Part shown: one piece after another, positions 43,479 to 54,451 of the stretch
Layout: every line of letters begins with the position of its first letter
Numbering within the stretch: position 1 is the first letter of the stretch
From: Spirochaetota bacterium
Lineage (GTDB): Bacteria; Spirochaetota; UBA6919; CBDBPB01
Length of the DNA: 64,000 nt
Direction of reading: 5' to 3'
Assembly (NCBI GenBank): GCA_965208615.1
Contig: CBDBPB010000004.1
Coordinates: 448,001 to 512,000, forward strand
Program-made: the position numbers and the translations under genes
Notes under the pieces: model-generated
The model's database searches: none
What the model was told of the DNA's origin: nothing
Seen by the model: the letters and a program-made list of their open reading frames with translations, nothing else

Positions 43479-43862
43479 TTAAGCTACATCAACTTCAACT
43501 GTAGTACCTTCCCATAATCCGTGCTTAGTACAATAACTCATCCCAGTAAGCTTTAGCTTGCTCTTAGTAGGAACAATATTAAATACAGCTTCTGCCTGAG
43601 AAGGCTGATTACCCAATGTACCAGGCGTAAAACTAACATGACCTAAACATGTATCGCCATTCCAAAGCTGGATATAATTAATATAATGATCAAAATCATC
43701 AGGATGCTTATACTCAGCACCAACTCTAACAGCTACAGCAAGCTTTTCTCCTTTTGTTGCCTTAGAATTACAGTGAACAAAAGGCGAATGCCTGTCAATA
43801 TAATCTTTTTTGGCCTCTTTATCTATGGTACTAATATCAACGTATCGTGTTATGTTTGGCAT
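43479..43862 (-). CDS. Superoxide reductase-like (neelaredoxin / class II SORL) protein
   Basis: DRHSP, HPDDFDHYI, YCTKHGLWE. Confidence 0.9.
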   Translation of the reverse strand: MPNITRYVDISTIDKEAKKDYIDRHSPFVHCNSKATKGEKLAVAVRVGAEYKHPDDFDHYINYIQLWNGDTCLGHVSFTPGTLGNQPSQAEAVFNIVPTKSKLKLTGMSYCTKHGLWEGTTVEVDVA

Positions 43863-44006
43863 TTTTTACTCCCTATAAATAATGTTTAATATCTAAAATT
43901 AATAAATAATTATCTATCTTTGTCAAAAGAAATAGTAATTTTTTTAAGAAAAACCTTTAATATTAAAAAAAAACCCTAAAATAACCTTATTATTATTTTC
44001 CATAGC

Positions 44007-45107
44007 CTAAATATCGTACAAATGATTTAAAACTTTTATACCCTTAACTAATTCTTTATTATCCACCGCAAAAGAAAGCCTAAAATGACTATCTCTCTCG
44101 GAAAATACCGAACCAGGTATAATTAAAAGATTATTAGCAATTGCCCTCTTAACAAACTCCTTAGCGCTATTCATGGGTGACTCTATAAAACAATAAAAAG
44201 CTCCACCCGGTATCACAACATTAAATTCAGGTCTTAAGCTGTCTATTACCAAATCCCGCTTTTTTTTATAATTAGCTATTTCGTCAGATATATCATAATC
44301 CAAATACTTTATAAGAGCCCTCTGAGCAAAAGATGGCGCACATACAAATGTATATTGCTGTAATACAGTCATCTGCTGAATGACCTCTTTTCTACCTACT
44401 GCATACCCTATACGCCAACCTGTCATTCCAAGGGTCTTTGAAAAGCCTCCCAATACTAAAACATTGTCATATAGCGAAGAAATAGATATATATTCTCCAT
44501 CAAACACAAATTTATCATATATCTCATCCGAAATTATAAAAAGATTATGTCTTTTGGCTAGCTCTACTATGTCTAACAACTCTTTTTTAGAGTATACCTT
44601 ACCAGTAGGATTAGACGGAGAGTTTAACAATAATAGTTTAGTCTTTTTGCTAATAACAGCTTCTATTTTATCCGCAGGCAATGAGAAGTCTGGATATGTG
44701 TTTATATATATAGGCACTCCCCCAACTAAATTAACCAAATGCTTATACGATACAAAGTATGGATCAGGGATTATAACCTCATCTCCATTATTAATAAGGC
44801 ATAAAAAACTTAATAGTAATCCCCCGGATACCCCACTAGTAATTATAATATCATCAAGTTGACTGCTTTTTATCTTTTTGAGTAATGTTAATAGTTTATC
44901 TTTTAGCTCAGGTATTCCAGAAGTTAGAGTATATCGATTAAAACCCTCTTTAATAGCCCTAATAGCCTCATCTTTTATTGGATTAGGTATATCAAAGTCA
45001 GGTTGTCCAATACTAAGGTTAATGGGATTCTCTAAAGACCGTGCAAGATCAAATACCTCTCTAATACCCGATGAGTCAATTAAACCCATCCTATCAGCAA
45101 TAAACAT
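44007..45107 (-). CDS. Class I/II PLP-dependent aminotransferase
   Basis: LSIGQPDF, NSPSNPTG, SDEIY, GFSKTLGMTGWRIGY. Confidence 0.92.
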   Translation of the reverse strand: MFIADRMGLIDSSGIREVFDLARSLENPINLSIGQPDFDIPNPIKDEAIRAIKEGFNRYTLTSGIPELKDKLLTLLKKIKSSQLDDIIITSGVSGGLLLSFLCLINNGDEVIIPDPYFVSYKHLVNLVGGVPIYINTYPDFSLPADKIEAVISKKTKLLLLNSPSNPTGKVYSKKELLDIVELAKRHNLFIISDEIYDKFVFDGEYISISSLYDNVLVLGGFSKTLGMTGWRIGYAVGRKEVIQQMTVLQQYTFVCAPSFAQRALIKYLDYDISDEIANYKKKRDLVIDSLRPEFNVVIPGGAFYCFIESPMNSAKEFVKRAIANNLLIIPGSVFSERDSHFRLSFAVDNKELVKGIKVLNHLYDI

Positions 45108-45131
45108 AAATTACCAGCCTTTCTTTATAAA

Positions 45132-45962
45132 TTAATTTTTAAAGGATATGCTCTTTACTCTATCCAAACGTAATCTACGACCTTCTCCCCTCAAAAGACA
45201 ATGACAGTCAATATAAATATTATCATAAAGAAAAACCATACTCGGATTATCTATCTCTCTAGTAGTTAGATTGTTATACTTATCCAAATAGGTTATGACT
45301 AAAGTTAGATTATTCTCTTTAGCAAAACTAATTTTGTCTATATAATCCTTATTAAAACTAAATAACGGCTCTATGTAATTAGCAAAAGAAATAGGACTAT
45401 ATAAATGAGCTAAACTCGAAATATCCGATAACCCTAATCTGTCTATAATATTAAAAAATAGCTTCATAGTAGCAATACTATCATCAAGAGCCCTGTGAGA
45501 GTTGTCTACATTAATCCCCAAAGCCTCTTTTAGATTATCAAGACTATAACCCCTTATATCACTAAAAGTTAACCTAGATAAACGAAGAGTATCATATATA
45601 AAATTACTAGACGGTGAAATATTATACTTTACCAGCTGATAACCAATAAAACAGGTATCAAATGGAGCATTGTGTGCCAGTAAATAATCATTTTTAATAA
45701 AATTATTAAACTCACTTAGTATAAAATCTACCTTAGGGGAACATTTAACCATACTATTGGTTATACCATGAATGGATATAACCTCATCACTAATAACCTT
45801 ATCAGAAAATACTAACGAAGAAAATACATCTATAATCCCTTTTTTAATAGTAAACCTTACTGCGGCAAGTTCTAATATATCATCCTCTAAAGGATTTAGA
45901 CCAGTAGTCTCTATGTCAAAGGAGATAAAGTTAATATCTTTTATATCCACAACAGGTATCAC
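45132..45962 (-). CDS. DEDDh 3'-5' exonuclease with C-terminal WYL-like domain
   Basis: FDIETTG, AHNAPFD, HRALDD; C-terminal ITY...TTREI...CHCLLRGEGRRLRLDRV. Confidence 0.8.
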   Translation of the reverse strand: MIPVVDIKDINFISFDIETTGLNPLEDDILELAAVRFTIKKGIIDVFSSLVFSDKVISDEVISIHGITNSMVKCSPKVDFILSEFNNFIKNDYLLAHNAPFDTCFIGYQLVKYNISPSSNFIYDTLRLSRLTFSDIRGYSLDNLKEALGINVDNSHRALDDSIATMKLFFNIIDRLGLSDISSLAHLYSPISFANYIEPLFSFNKDYIDKISFAKENNLTLVITYLDKYNNLTTREIDNPSMVFLYDNIYIDCHCLLRGEGRRLRLDRVKSISFKN

Positions 45963-46010
45963 TGATTGGAATTAATTGAAAGCCTTACTCTAATATTTTA
46001 TCAGTAAATT

Positions 46011-46034
46011 AGTTTAGCTATAATCAGCTAAACT
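46011..46034. terminator. Inverted repeat downstream of the LRR gene (possible terminator)
   Basis: AGTTTAGCT-ATAATC-AGCTAAACT. Confidence 0.4.
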
Positions 46035-46117
46035 TAAGCCTAACTAATTAAAAATAACAAAAGATATATAATTCGACTACAGTTTTAATAAAAATAGCCA
46101 ACTGCATATAAACCCAA

Positions 46118-47380
46118 CTAATAGTCTTTAGGAAAGGATGTTGACACTAGACTCCAGGTTATTGTAGGCTTGGTACAGTCAGGTTTTTTTGAACCATCTT
46201 TATTCTTACAAAAGTAGCCTTTTATCTTAATTTTCTCTTCATCGCTAAAGTTAATATTCGTTAAATTAAGCCTTTTCAACTTTGTTAAATTACCAATCTC
46301 TTTTGGCAATGTACTTAGCTCATTATTATTTAAATCAAGATATGTCAACTTTGTTAACTTACCAATCTCTTTTGGCAATGTCTTTAGCTTATTTGCAGTT
46401 AAATAAAGCATTTGCAAGTTTGTTAAATTACCAATACTAGCTGGCAATGTACTTAGCCCATTTTTAGCTAAAGAAAGGGTTTCCAAGTTTGTTAACTTAA
46501 AAATAATAACTGGCAATTTACTTAGCTTATTACCGGTTAAATAAAGGCGTGTCAACTTTGTTAAATTACCAATACTAGCTGGCAATGTACTTAGCTGATT
46601 ATTATTTAAATCAAGTTCTGTCAACTTTGTTAACATAGAAATCTCTTTTGGAAATATCTCTAGCTTATTACTATTTAAACCAAGATATGTCAACTCTTTT
46701 AACTTAAAAATAATAACTGGCAATGTACTTAGCTGATTACCGGCTAAATAAAGGCGTGTCAACTTTGTTAAATTAGCAATACTAGCTGGCAATGTACTTA
46801 GCTCATTACTATTTAAACTAAGGCCTGCCAACTCTTTTAACTTACCAATATTAGCTGGCAATGTCTTTAGCTTATTACCGGCTAAATTAATCTGTTTCAA
46901 TCCCGTAAAAATGGTAATATGCTTATTAAACTCAATAAGTAGTTCATTTGTTAGCCTACCCTCAAAGTCAAGAAGAGGCGTAAGGTGAAGTTTATCAGTA
47001 GCATCCTTGTTAACAGGCATGGTGGCAGAAAGCTTTTCTAACCATTTAGCTGCTGCTACTCTTTTTTTTAGCTCCTCTCCTTTAATACCAGGAAACTCCA
47101 AACATTTATCTACAACTTCTGCTGTTATAGTAATCTCTTTCTTAAGATTAGGATCTGTAATAACATTCACAGGTTCAGTATTTTTATTATTACACTCAGC
47201 TTCTGTTGTTGTAGAGCAGTCTACTTTACCATGATTATCTTTAGTGTATGTTGTTATTTCACATAATTTGTTAGCACTAACATTAGCTATTTTATCAGAA
47301 GCACTATCATCACAGCCTGTATATATGCCTATACTTAAAAATAAACTTAATAAACAAATTAATAAAAACCGTACTTTCAT
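46118..47380 (-). CDS. Leucine-rich-repeat lipoprotein (about ten 23-aa repeats)
   Basis: Lipobox IYTGC, Cys-containing N-domain, LxxLxxLxLxxNxLxxLPxxIxx repeats. Confidence 0.93.
   Translation of the reverse strand: MKVRFLLICLLSLFLSIGIYTGCDDSASDKIANVSANKLCEITTYTKDNHGKVDCSTTTEAECNNKNTEPVNVITDPNLKKEITITAEVVDKCLEFPGIKGEELKKRVAAAKWLEKLSATMPVNKDATDKLHLTPLLDFEGRLTNELLIEFNKHITIFTGLKQINLAGNKLKTLPANIGKLKELAGLSLNSNELSTLPASIANLTKLTRLYLAGNQLSTLPVIIFKLKELTYLGLNSNKLEIFPKEISMLTKLTELDLNNNQLSTLPASIGNLTKLTRLYLTGNKLSKLPVIIFKLTNLETLSLAKNGLSTLPASIGNLTNLQMLYLTANKLKTLPKEIGKLTKLTYLDLNNNELSTLPKEIGNLTKLKRLNLTNINFSDEEKIKIKGYFCKNKDGSKKPDCTKPTITWSLVSTSFPKDY
46247..46909 (-). repeat. 69-bp tandem coding repeats of the LRR gene
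   Basis: Recurring GGCAATGTACTTAGC and AACTTTGTTAA at 69-nt periodicity. Confidence 0.9.
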
Positions 47381-47475
47381 TATTACCTCTTGATTATCTA
47401 CTGAAAGTTAAATTAATCTTTATGATTAATATAACCCCTTTTAAATTAAACAACTATTTTTTATTATAAAATTAG

Positions 47476-48386
47476 TTAATTAGGCAAAAAGAAGATTCTA
47501 CCGTTTTTATCGGCAAATATGATATAGCTTTTATTAACAGTAATTGTGTTTATTGCAGTGTTATGCCTATAAACAATAGTTCTTTTTAGGGTCTTAAGAT
47601 CAACTCTATGTATATAACGATCCCTAAGGCTAACTATCACACTAAAACTAACAGGATTAAAAATAGCATTCCATATAGACTTCTTAAACCTATATTTAGC
47701 TATAAGCTTTTGCTTTTTAATATTCCATATCTTAATATACTTATCCACACTAGCACTAGCCAATAATCGTCCATTAGGACTAAACCCTATAGAGTTAATA
47801 CCCCTGTTATGGCTTTTAATTTTGATGGTCTTTCCGCTGGAGTAGTCCCATAATATAATTCTGTTATCACCCTCACCACCAGCACTAACTAAAAACTGAC
47901 CATTAGGACTAAACACCAATGACCAAACCGAACTATTATGAATATCCATAGTCTTAATGCTATTATTTTTAGGTTCCCACAATATAACTTTATTGTCCGA
48001 CGCACCACTTGCAATCAACATTCTATTAGGATGACTTGCTACAGCGAAAACTATACCATTATGCTCCCTCATAACCTGTACTCTTCTTGTTTTTATATGC
48101 CAAAGCCTAACAGTCATATCACTAGAACAACTTATAATATATTTCCCGTCATAAGACCAGCTAATATCATTTACCACACCAAAATGCCGACCCAATACCC
48201 TAACCTTACGTGAGCTAATATTAACAATACTAACCCGTCCATTTGTATATCCAACAGCAAGACTCCTACTATTAGGGGAGATGGAAATACTATTAATTCC
48301 TTTTTTATACGGTCTAATAGCTTTTATGGGCTTAATATAAGGATAAGAAAGGTTAGCTAAGGAAAGTAGTATAATAACTAAATATT

Positions 48387-48390
<4 letters not shown>
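47476..48390 (-). CDS. Secreted WD40-repeat beta-propeller protein
   Basis: Signal peptide; repeats such as H...V..L.FSPNG..L.S...D..I.LWD. Confidence 0.9.
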
Positions 48391-49106
<716 letters not shown>

Positions 49107-49151
49107 TATAAATCCCTTTATATTATTTAATCTGTCAATCCGTTAACAGGC

Positions 49152-49724
49152 TTAGCTAGTATATCTTAAAAACTCTTTTTCGAATATATCCCTAAACATC
49201 TTCCTCAAAGCATTATTAACAAGTATGTTATTCTTAGTATCCCAATTAATGATTTCTATATCGTATATCTTTTTATATGCTTTTTTTGCTATTTGCTTAT
49301 CATCAGAAAGTAAATCACTTATCAGCATATAAAGATCATTATTCTCTATTTTTAGATAGTTTAAAAAATCTTCTTTGCTATCACTTTCTATACCCTTATA
49401 CTCCCTTTGCCAATTAATGTTAATTTCATAGTCCTGAGCCGCTAAAAATAGTCTATTTTGTTTATCGCTATTTAGGGATAATTCATCCTTAGCACGCTTA
49501 TAACTTTTTAAGTTTTCTCTCTTCCAAAGACCATGTTTTTGGATAATATAATCAATATACTGGACTTCATTTTGATTAAAAGTATTACGTTTATATATCT
49601 CTAGAGCGTGGAATACCTCTACAAACACCTCATCATTACTTATGTCAAAAGGCTTGCTATTATTGCATCCACTTAGGATTAAAAAAACAACGAGTATTAT
49701 ATTAAAAATCATATTATTTTTCAC
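49152..49724 (-). CDS. Hypothetical lipoprotein
   Basis: Lipobox LSGC. Confidence 0.7.
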   Translation of the reverse strand: MKNNMIFNIILVVFLILSGCNNSKPFDISNDEVFVEVFHALEIYKRNTFNQNEVQYIDYIIQKHGLWKRENLKSYKRAKDELSLNSDKQNRLFLAAQDYEININWQREYKGIESDSKEDFLNYLKIENNDLYMLISDLLSDDKQIAKKAYKKIYDIEIINWDTKNNILVNNALRKMFRDIFEKEFLRYTS

Positions 49725-49873
49725 TAGATATAGTATAGATATTATTTTTCGATAAAAACAATAATAAAATTAATCCTTTTTCTTAAACTTATATAATATC
49801 TTTGTAATTTCTGTTCTATATTGGTTAGTAATGTTAGAAGTCGAAAAGAAAATCAGCTAAAAGAAATATATGC

Positions 49874-50041
49874 CTATACAGTTTTGTTTATAAAATATCC
49901 ACTTGCCAGCCTCATAAGAGCCTGATTAGTCGCACTCTTACCCTGAATAAGAGGCTTAGGCAAAACTACTGTTTTACCTAACAACCTCATTATGGGATAG
50001 TCCATTTGTACCATGTTATATGTTATCATAGTAACGTCCAT
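49874..50041 (-). CDS. Unannotated 55-aa small protein (MDVTMITYNM...LASGYFINKTV)
   Basis: AAGGAG ribosome-binding site 6 nt upstream; higher GC than flanks; C-terminal motif shared with 22430..22585. Confidence 0.65.
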   Translation of the reverse strand: MDVTMITYNMVQMDYPIMRLLGKTVVLPKPLIQGKSATNQALMRLASGYFINKTV

Positions 50042-50246
50042 ATCCATCTCCTTTTTTAAGGTTTATTGTTTTTTTTTAGCCACATTATTTATATAATAAA
50101 ATCGTCATAATTATTAAAGAAATAAATATAAAAAAAACCATTGATAATAGTTTTTAAAATATTAACTTTAGTCAAAAGTATATAGCTAAAAGTATACTAT
50201 TAAAATCGAAAAACATTTTTATTGATAACATAAACAGGCATATAAT

Positions 50247-51644
50247 ATGATAAAGGGTTTATCAATTTTTGGAACTACTTCAGACTCTGGGAAATCCAGC
50301 ATTACCCTTGCACTTTGTAGAATACTAAAAGACTTGGGATATAGTGTTTCTCCGTTTAAGGCTCAGAATATGTCTAATAACTCTGCCGTATGCGATGATG
50401 GCAGTGAAATAGGTAGAGCACAATATCTACAGGCTGAAGTTATAAATTTATATACAAGTTATCATTTAAATCCCATTTTATTAAAACCACAAGGTGATGG
50501 ACTCTCTCAGCTAATTATTAATGGTAAAGTATACGATAATATCTACGTAAAAGATTATTACCGTATTATTGATAAACTAAAGCCTTATGTAATTGATTGT
50601 TATGAATATCTTGCTAATAAGAGTCAGCTTATAATCGCTGAAGGTGCAGGATCACCTGTAGAACTAAATCTTACTAGTAGAGACTTGTCTAACAACTTCG
50701 TAGCTGAATATTTTAATACTCATGTTATCATTGTCGCAGATATTGAAAGAGGTGGTGTATTTGCTTCTATATACGGTAGTTATAATTTGTTGCCCAATAA
50801 AATTAAAAATAACGTAATAGGAGTTATTATAAATAAGTTTAGGGGTGATATCTCCTTGTTCAAAGAAGGAATTAGAATAATTGAAGAAGAGTTTAAACTC
50901 CCTGTATTGGGAGTTATTCCCTATATAAATTTTAACGTTGATATGGAAGACTCTCTTTCTATAAATAATTATGAACAAAATACAAAATGTGATAAAATTA
51001 AGATTGGTGTAATTAAATTCCCTAATATAAGTAATTATAATGATATTGATCCCATTATTGCTGATCCAGAGGTACAAGTCGATTTTATTAAAGATAATCG
51101 TAGTCTTTATAACTATGATCTTCTTTTATTACCAGGTACAAAAACAACCATTAAGGACTTGCAATGGCTAAAGTCAAAGGGACTATTTGATAAAATTAAT
51201 AACTTTAATAAAACTATATTTGCCATTTGTGGTGGGTATCAAATGCTGTTTAGGGCTATTGACGATTTTTATGGCATAGAGAACAGTCACTCAGCTTATG
51301 AAGAGGGGTTTAACTTTATTAATGATAAAGTGATTTTTAAAAAAGAAAAAATATTAAATCGGGGAATATATAATCTTTTTAATATGAAGCTTTCTGGCTA
51401 TGAGATCCGCTGTGGTTATACTAAGTCTTACGATCTTTATTTTAATAGTGGAAAAATATATGGTACTCATGTTCACGGCATTTTTGAGAATGATAATTTT
51501 AGAACTAGTCTATTTAAGCTTATAAATCCTTTGTATAAGGGTTATTCATCCTATAAGAAATATAAGAGTTCCTTAATAAAAGAGTTCACAAACTCTATAA
51601 AAGAGAACATTAAAATAGAAAAAATAATAAACTTAATAAAATAA
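50247..51644 (+). CDS. cobQ: Cobyric acid synthase
   Basis: GTTSDSGKS, PFKAQNMSNN, EGAGSPVELNL, DIERGGVFA, ICGGYQML, GTHVHGIF. Confidence 0.95.
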   Translation: MIKGLSIFGTTSDSGKSSITLALCRILKDLGYSVSPFKAQNMSNNSAVCDDGSEIGRAQYLQAEVINLYTSYHLNPILLKPQGDGLSQLIINGKVYDNIYVKDYYRIIDKLKPYVIDCYEYLANKSQLIIAEGAGSPVELNLTSRDLSNNFVAEYFNTHVIIVADIERGGVFASIYGSYNLLPNKIKNNVIGVIINKFRGDISLFKEGIRIIEEEFKLPVLGVIPYINFNVDMEDSLSINNYEQNTKCDKIKIGVIKFPNISNYNDIDPIIADPEVQVDFIKDNRSLYNYDLLLLPGTKTTIKDLQWLKSKGLFDKINNFNKTIFAICGGYQMLFRAIDDFYGIENSHSAYEEGFNFINDKVIFKKEKILNRGIYNLFNMKLSGYEIRCGYTKSYDLYFNSGKIYGTHVHGIFENDNFRTSLFKLINPLYKGYSSYKKYKSSLIKEFTNSIKENIKIEKIINLIK

Positions 51645-51700
51645 ACAACTATATACAGTATCTTAAAATACTGTATATAAAAAAAGCTTTAGTAAAGAGG

Positions 51701-53542
51701 ATGGCTATGAATGAGATAGCTAAAAGAATAAGGCCTATCCCTATTTATGAGTTTACTAAGATTATCTTAGAAAATGTTAGTAATAAACTACTTATAAATA
51801 AAATTATCAAAAAAGAGTATAGTGATAATAAGTTAAACATACGAATAACGGAATTCTTACTATATAATAAATTACCTATAGATAAAGATGTTAGAGAGAT
51901 TAATATAAATCTCGACAGCCTTAATAATGATTATCTTAACAAATTTTATAATGACTCTTTTGAAGAAAAAGATAATGTGGATATAGAAGATTTTAAAACT
52001 TCTTTTATATTAGAATTTCGTTTATTATTGTCTAACATAAATGACTTTGAAAAAACTAGTGGTTATGAATTAGGTATTAAAAAGTTAGAAATAGCAATTA
52101 TGCTAAGGTTATTCGATGAACTACAAAGACAAGTATTTCAAATTATTATTACTTCTAGTAATTTAAAGACTTATCTAAACAGTTTAAAGTTGGCTAGGGC
52201 ATTAAGAATACCCAAATCGTTAGAAGACTACTATAACCTTGCTAAACAGTATCACATAATTAACTCTATAGAAAAGGCCATCGAACGTATTAATCTAAGA
52301 TATATTGACGAAAATAAAATAACAAAGTTTTATGTATACCCCCCTAATCACAATGACATATTAAGTAATTTAAAACTTATTACTAATATGGATATCCCCT
52401 GTACTAAAATGGAAGAAAACCTTAGAGACCTTGCTAAAAGTTATTGCTCTTTTGAGGTTATTAAAGTTTTTACAAATAACATATATATGTTTGATTTGCT
52501 AAATGCAGTCTGTAAAAATGACTTATACAAAGACGGTCTTAAGAGTTTACTTATAGAATGGCAGGAATCCATGAGTCAGAAACAAAAGTTATTTAATGAG
52601 TTCATAAAAGAGATGATAGAAAAACTATGGTATAAGCGATTAGATATAAATGAACATACTGTTGGAATAATTGGTTTTATTATTTTCATGATTGATGAGG
52701 GTAAGGATCCAAAAGAAATTGATCAACAGGTAAATAATATTTTGGTTAAAATATACGAAGACATTGCCAAAAATAAAAGTATTGAGAATAAACTAAAGGT
52801 GAGAAAGCTTAAGGAGATATCTACTATTAGGGAAAGCTATGGAAATATTAAGGCAGTAATAGAATTCCAACAAATATATAAAGAACTTATTAGTAGTAAA
52901 GTTGATGTTGATAGGCACTTCTTTGAAAATTATTACCAAAAAAAGCCTATTAAATATATGTTTTTAATTTTTTTTGCTTATAAACTAAACGACATTTCTT
53001 TTTTTAAAAAACTTCTTTTAAAGAGTTATAACGAAAATAGAGTATTACGAAACTATGCAAGAGACTTGCTGTATAAAAAAATAGAAGATAACAAAAGGCA
53101 CTTTAATGCGAATAGAGCCGAACTTACAAAAAGTATTTTTAGGGATTACTTTTCAATTATATCAAACGATAAAGAAAGTATTTCTTACCGTAAAGAAGTT
53201 TTACAATATCTTATTAATATTATAATAAGGCCTTCTATTCCTCCGTATGAAGCTTTTTATAGTGATTTAACTGATGTATTTTTGTTTGAGGTAAAAAAGT
53301 TTTTAGATACAAACTTGTTTAATAAGGTTATTACTGGAAAACAGCTTAAGCCATTCGATGAAAGAAAATTAGAAATCTCAAAATACTTTATGGCTGATCA
53401 GTTATTACCTAAGATGCTAAAAGAGCTAACTAAACAAAGAAATAAAGATATTTATCTTAGAAAGATCAAGCTTCGCTTTGGAAACGAATATAAAGCTATT
53501 GAGGATAAATATTATAAAATGGAAAATAAAGTTAGTATATAG
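51701..53542 (+). CDS. Hypothetical 613-aa protein (distant paralog of 55276..56931)
   Basis: Long ORF with AGAGG upstream; C-terminal similarity to the 551-aa ORF. Confidence 0.75.
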   Translation: MAMNEIAKRIRPIPIYEFTKIILENVSNKLLINKIIKKEYSDNKLNIRITEFLLYNKLPIDKDVREININLDSLNNDYLNKFYNDSFEEKDNVDIEDFKTSFILEFRLLLSNINDFEKTSGYELGIKKLEIAIMLRLFDELQRQVFQIIITSSNLKTYLNSLKLARALRIPKSLEDYYNLAKQYHIINSIEKAIERINLRYIDENKITKFYVYPPNHNDILSNLKLITNMDIPCTKMEENLRDLAKSYCSFEVIKVFTNNIYMFDLLNAVCKNDLYKDGLKSLLIEWQESMSQKQKLFNEFIKEMIEKLWYKRLDINEHTVGIIGFIIFMIDEGKDPKEIDQQVNNILVKIYEDIAKNKSIENKLKVRKLKEISTIRESYGNIKAVIEFQQIYKELISSKVDVDRHFFENYYQKKPIKYMFLIFFAYKLNDISFFKKLLLKSYNENRVLRNYARDLLYKKIEDNKRHFNANRAELTKSIFRDYFSIISNDKESISYRKEVLQYLINIIIRPSIPPYEAFYSDLTDVFLFEVKKFLDTNLFNKVITGKQLKPFDERKLEISKYFMADQLLPKMLKELTKQRNKDIYLRKIKLRFGNEYKAIEDKYYKMENKVSI

Positions 53543-54295
53543 TTATGCTTTTAGAAACGGAATAGTTGTTTTTATAATAAAGTTAATCTTTTTTTCAGCT
53601 TTTTTTATTTTGATGCTTAGCCTTAGGAGTTCTTTTATTAATAAGGGTTTTTTAATTATTTGTTTAATTAGTTTTGTTAGTTTAACATTTGATTTATTAT
53701 CTATGAAGTTATGAAAATTAATTAGGTTTTCTGTTAGTGTATCAAAGATTGTTCGTATTGAGATAAATGGAACTTTCTTTTCTTTGGCTAATTCTGCTAT
53801 AACATAGCTTTCCATGTCTACAAGTGAAACTGGATAAGAAGATAGCTCTATTTTATCACTACTTTTTAACAGTGGACTTTTTAATGTTAGTCCATTTCTT
53901 ACTTTATAGTTTATATTATGCCTATCAAAAATTGAGGATATTTTCTTTATAACAAGATGGCTTATTGGAATAGCAATAAGACTATTTTTTTGACTTATAA
54001 AATAGACAGCCTTTTGAATTATGAGATCATTAAATTTTAGTTTATCAGATATACCACCAGAAATACCTATAGACATAATAGCAGAAACGCTATATCTATT
54101 TAGAACTTTGCTCAGGTTTATTTCGGTATTCTTTTTACCTATACCAGAAATTAAAACTAAAATATAAACCTGTTTATAATACCCTTCTATTAGTTCCACT
54201 GAGTCAAATGATAGATTTTTGTACATAGTTAGGCTATGCAAAAACATAGATATTTCTTTTTTCAACGCCGAAATTATTAATATAGGTTTAGTCAT
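53543..54295 (-). CDS. Nucleoside phosphorylase superfamily protein (MTA/SAH nucleosidase or HpnG-like)
   Basis: SGIGK, GISGGI, VDMES, PFISIRTIFD. Confidence 0.8.
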   Translation of the reverse strand: MTKPILIISALKKEISMFLHSLTMYKNLSFDSVELIEGYYKQVYILVLISGIGKKNTEINLSKVLNRYSVSAIMSIGISGGISDKLKFNDLIIQKAVYFISQKNSLIAIPISHLVIKKISSIFDRHNINYKVRNGLTLKSPLLKSSDKIELSSYPVSLVDMESYVIAELAKEKKVPFISIRTIFDTLTENLINFHNFIDNKSNVKLTKLIKQIIKKPLLIKELLRLSIKIKKAEKKINFIIKTTIPFLKA

Positions 54296-54451
54296 TTTTA
54301 GTTCCTAGTTGTTATTATAAGTTTAATACTGTCAAACAGCCTTATTCTAAAAGAAAAAAATAAATTATTTTATCAATTAGCCGAATAGCAAAATATATTA
54401 TTAAATATACAAAAATATTTATTACTATTAGGTTTATAGTCGAGTTAGACC

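Noticed and set aside
46247-46909. CRISPR-like or DGR-like repeats
   Set aside because: Repeats are contiguous in-frame 69-nt coding units without spacers; no cas or reverse transcriptase gene in the window.
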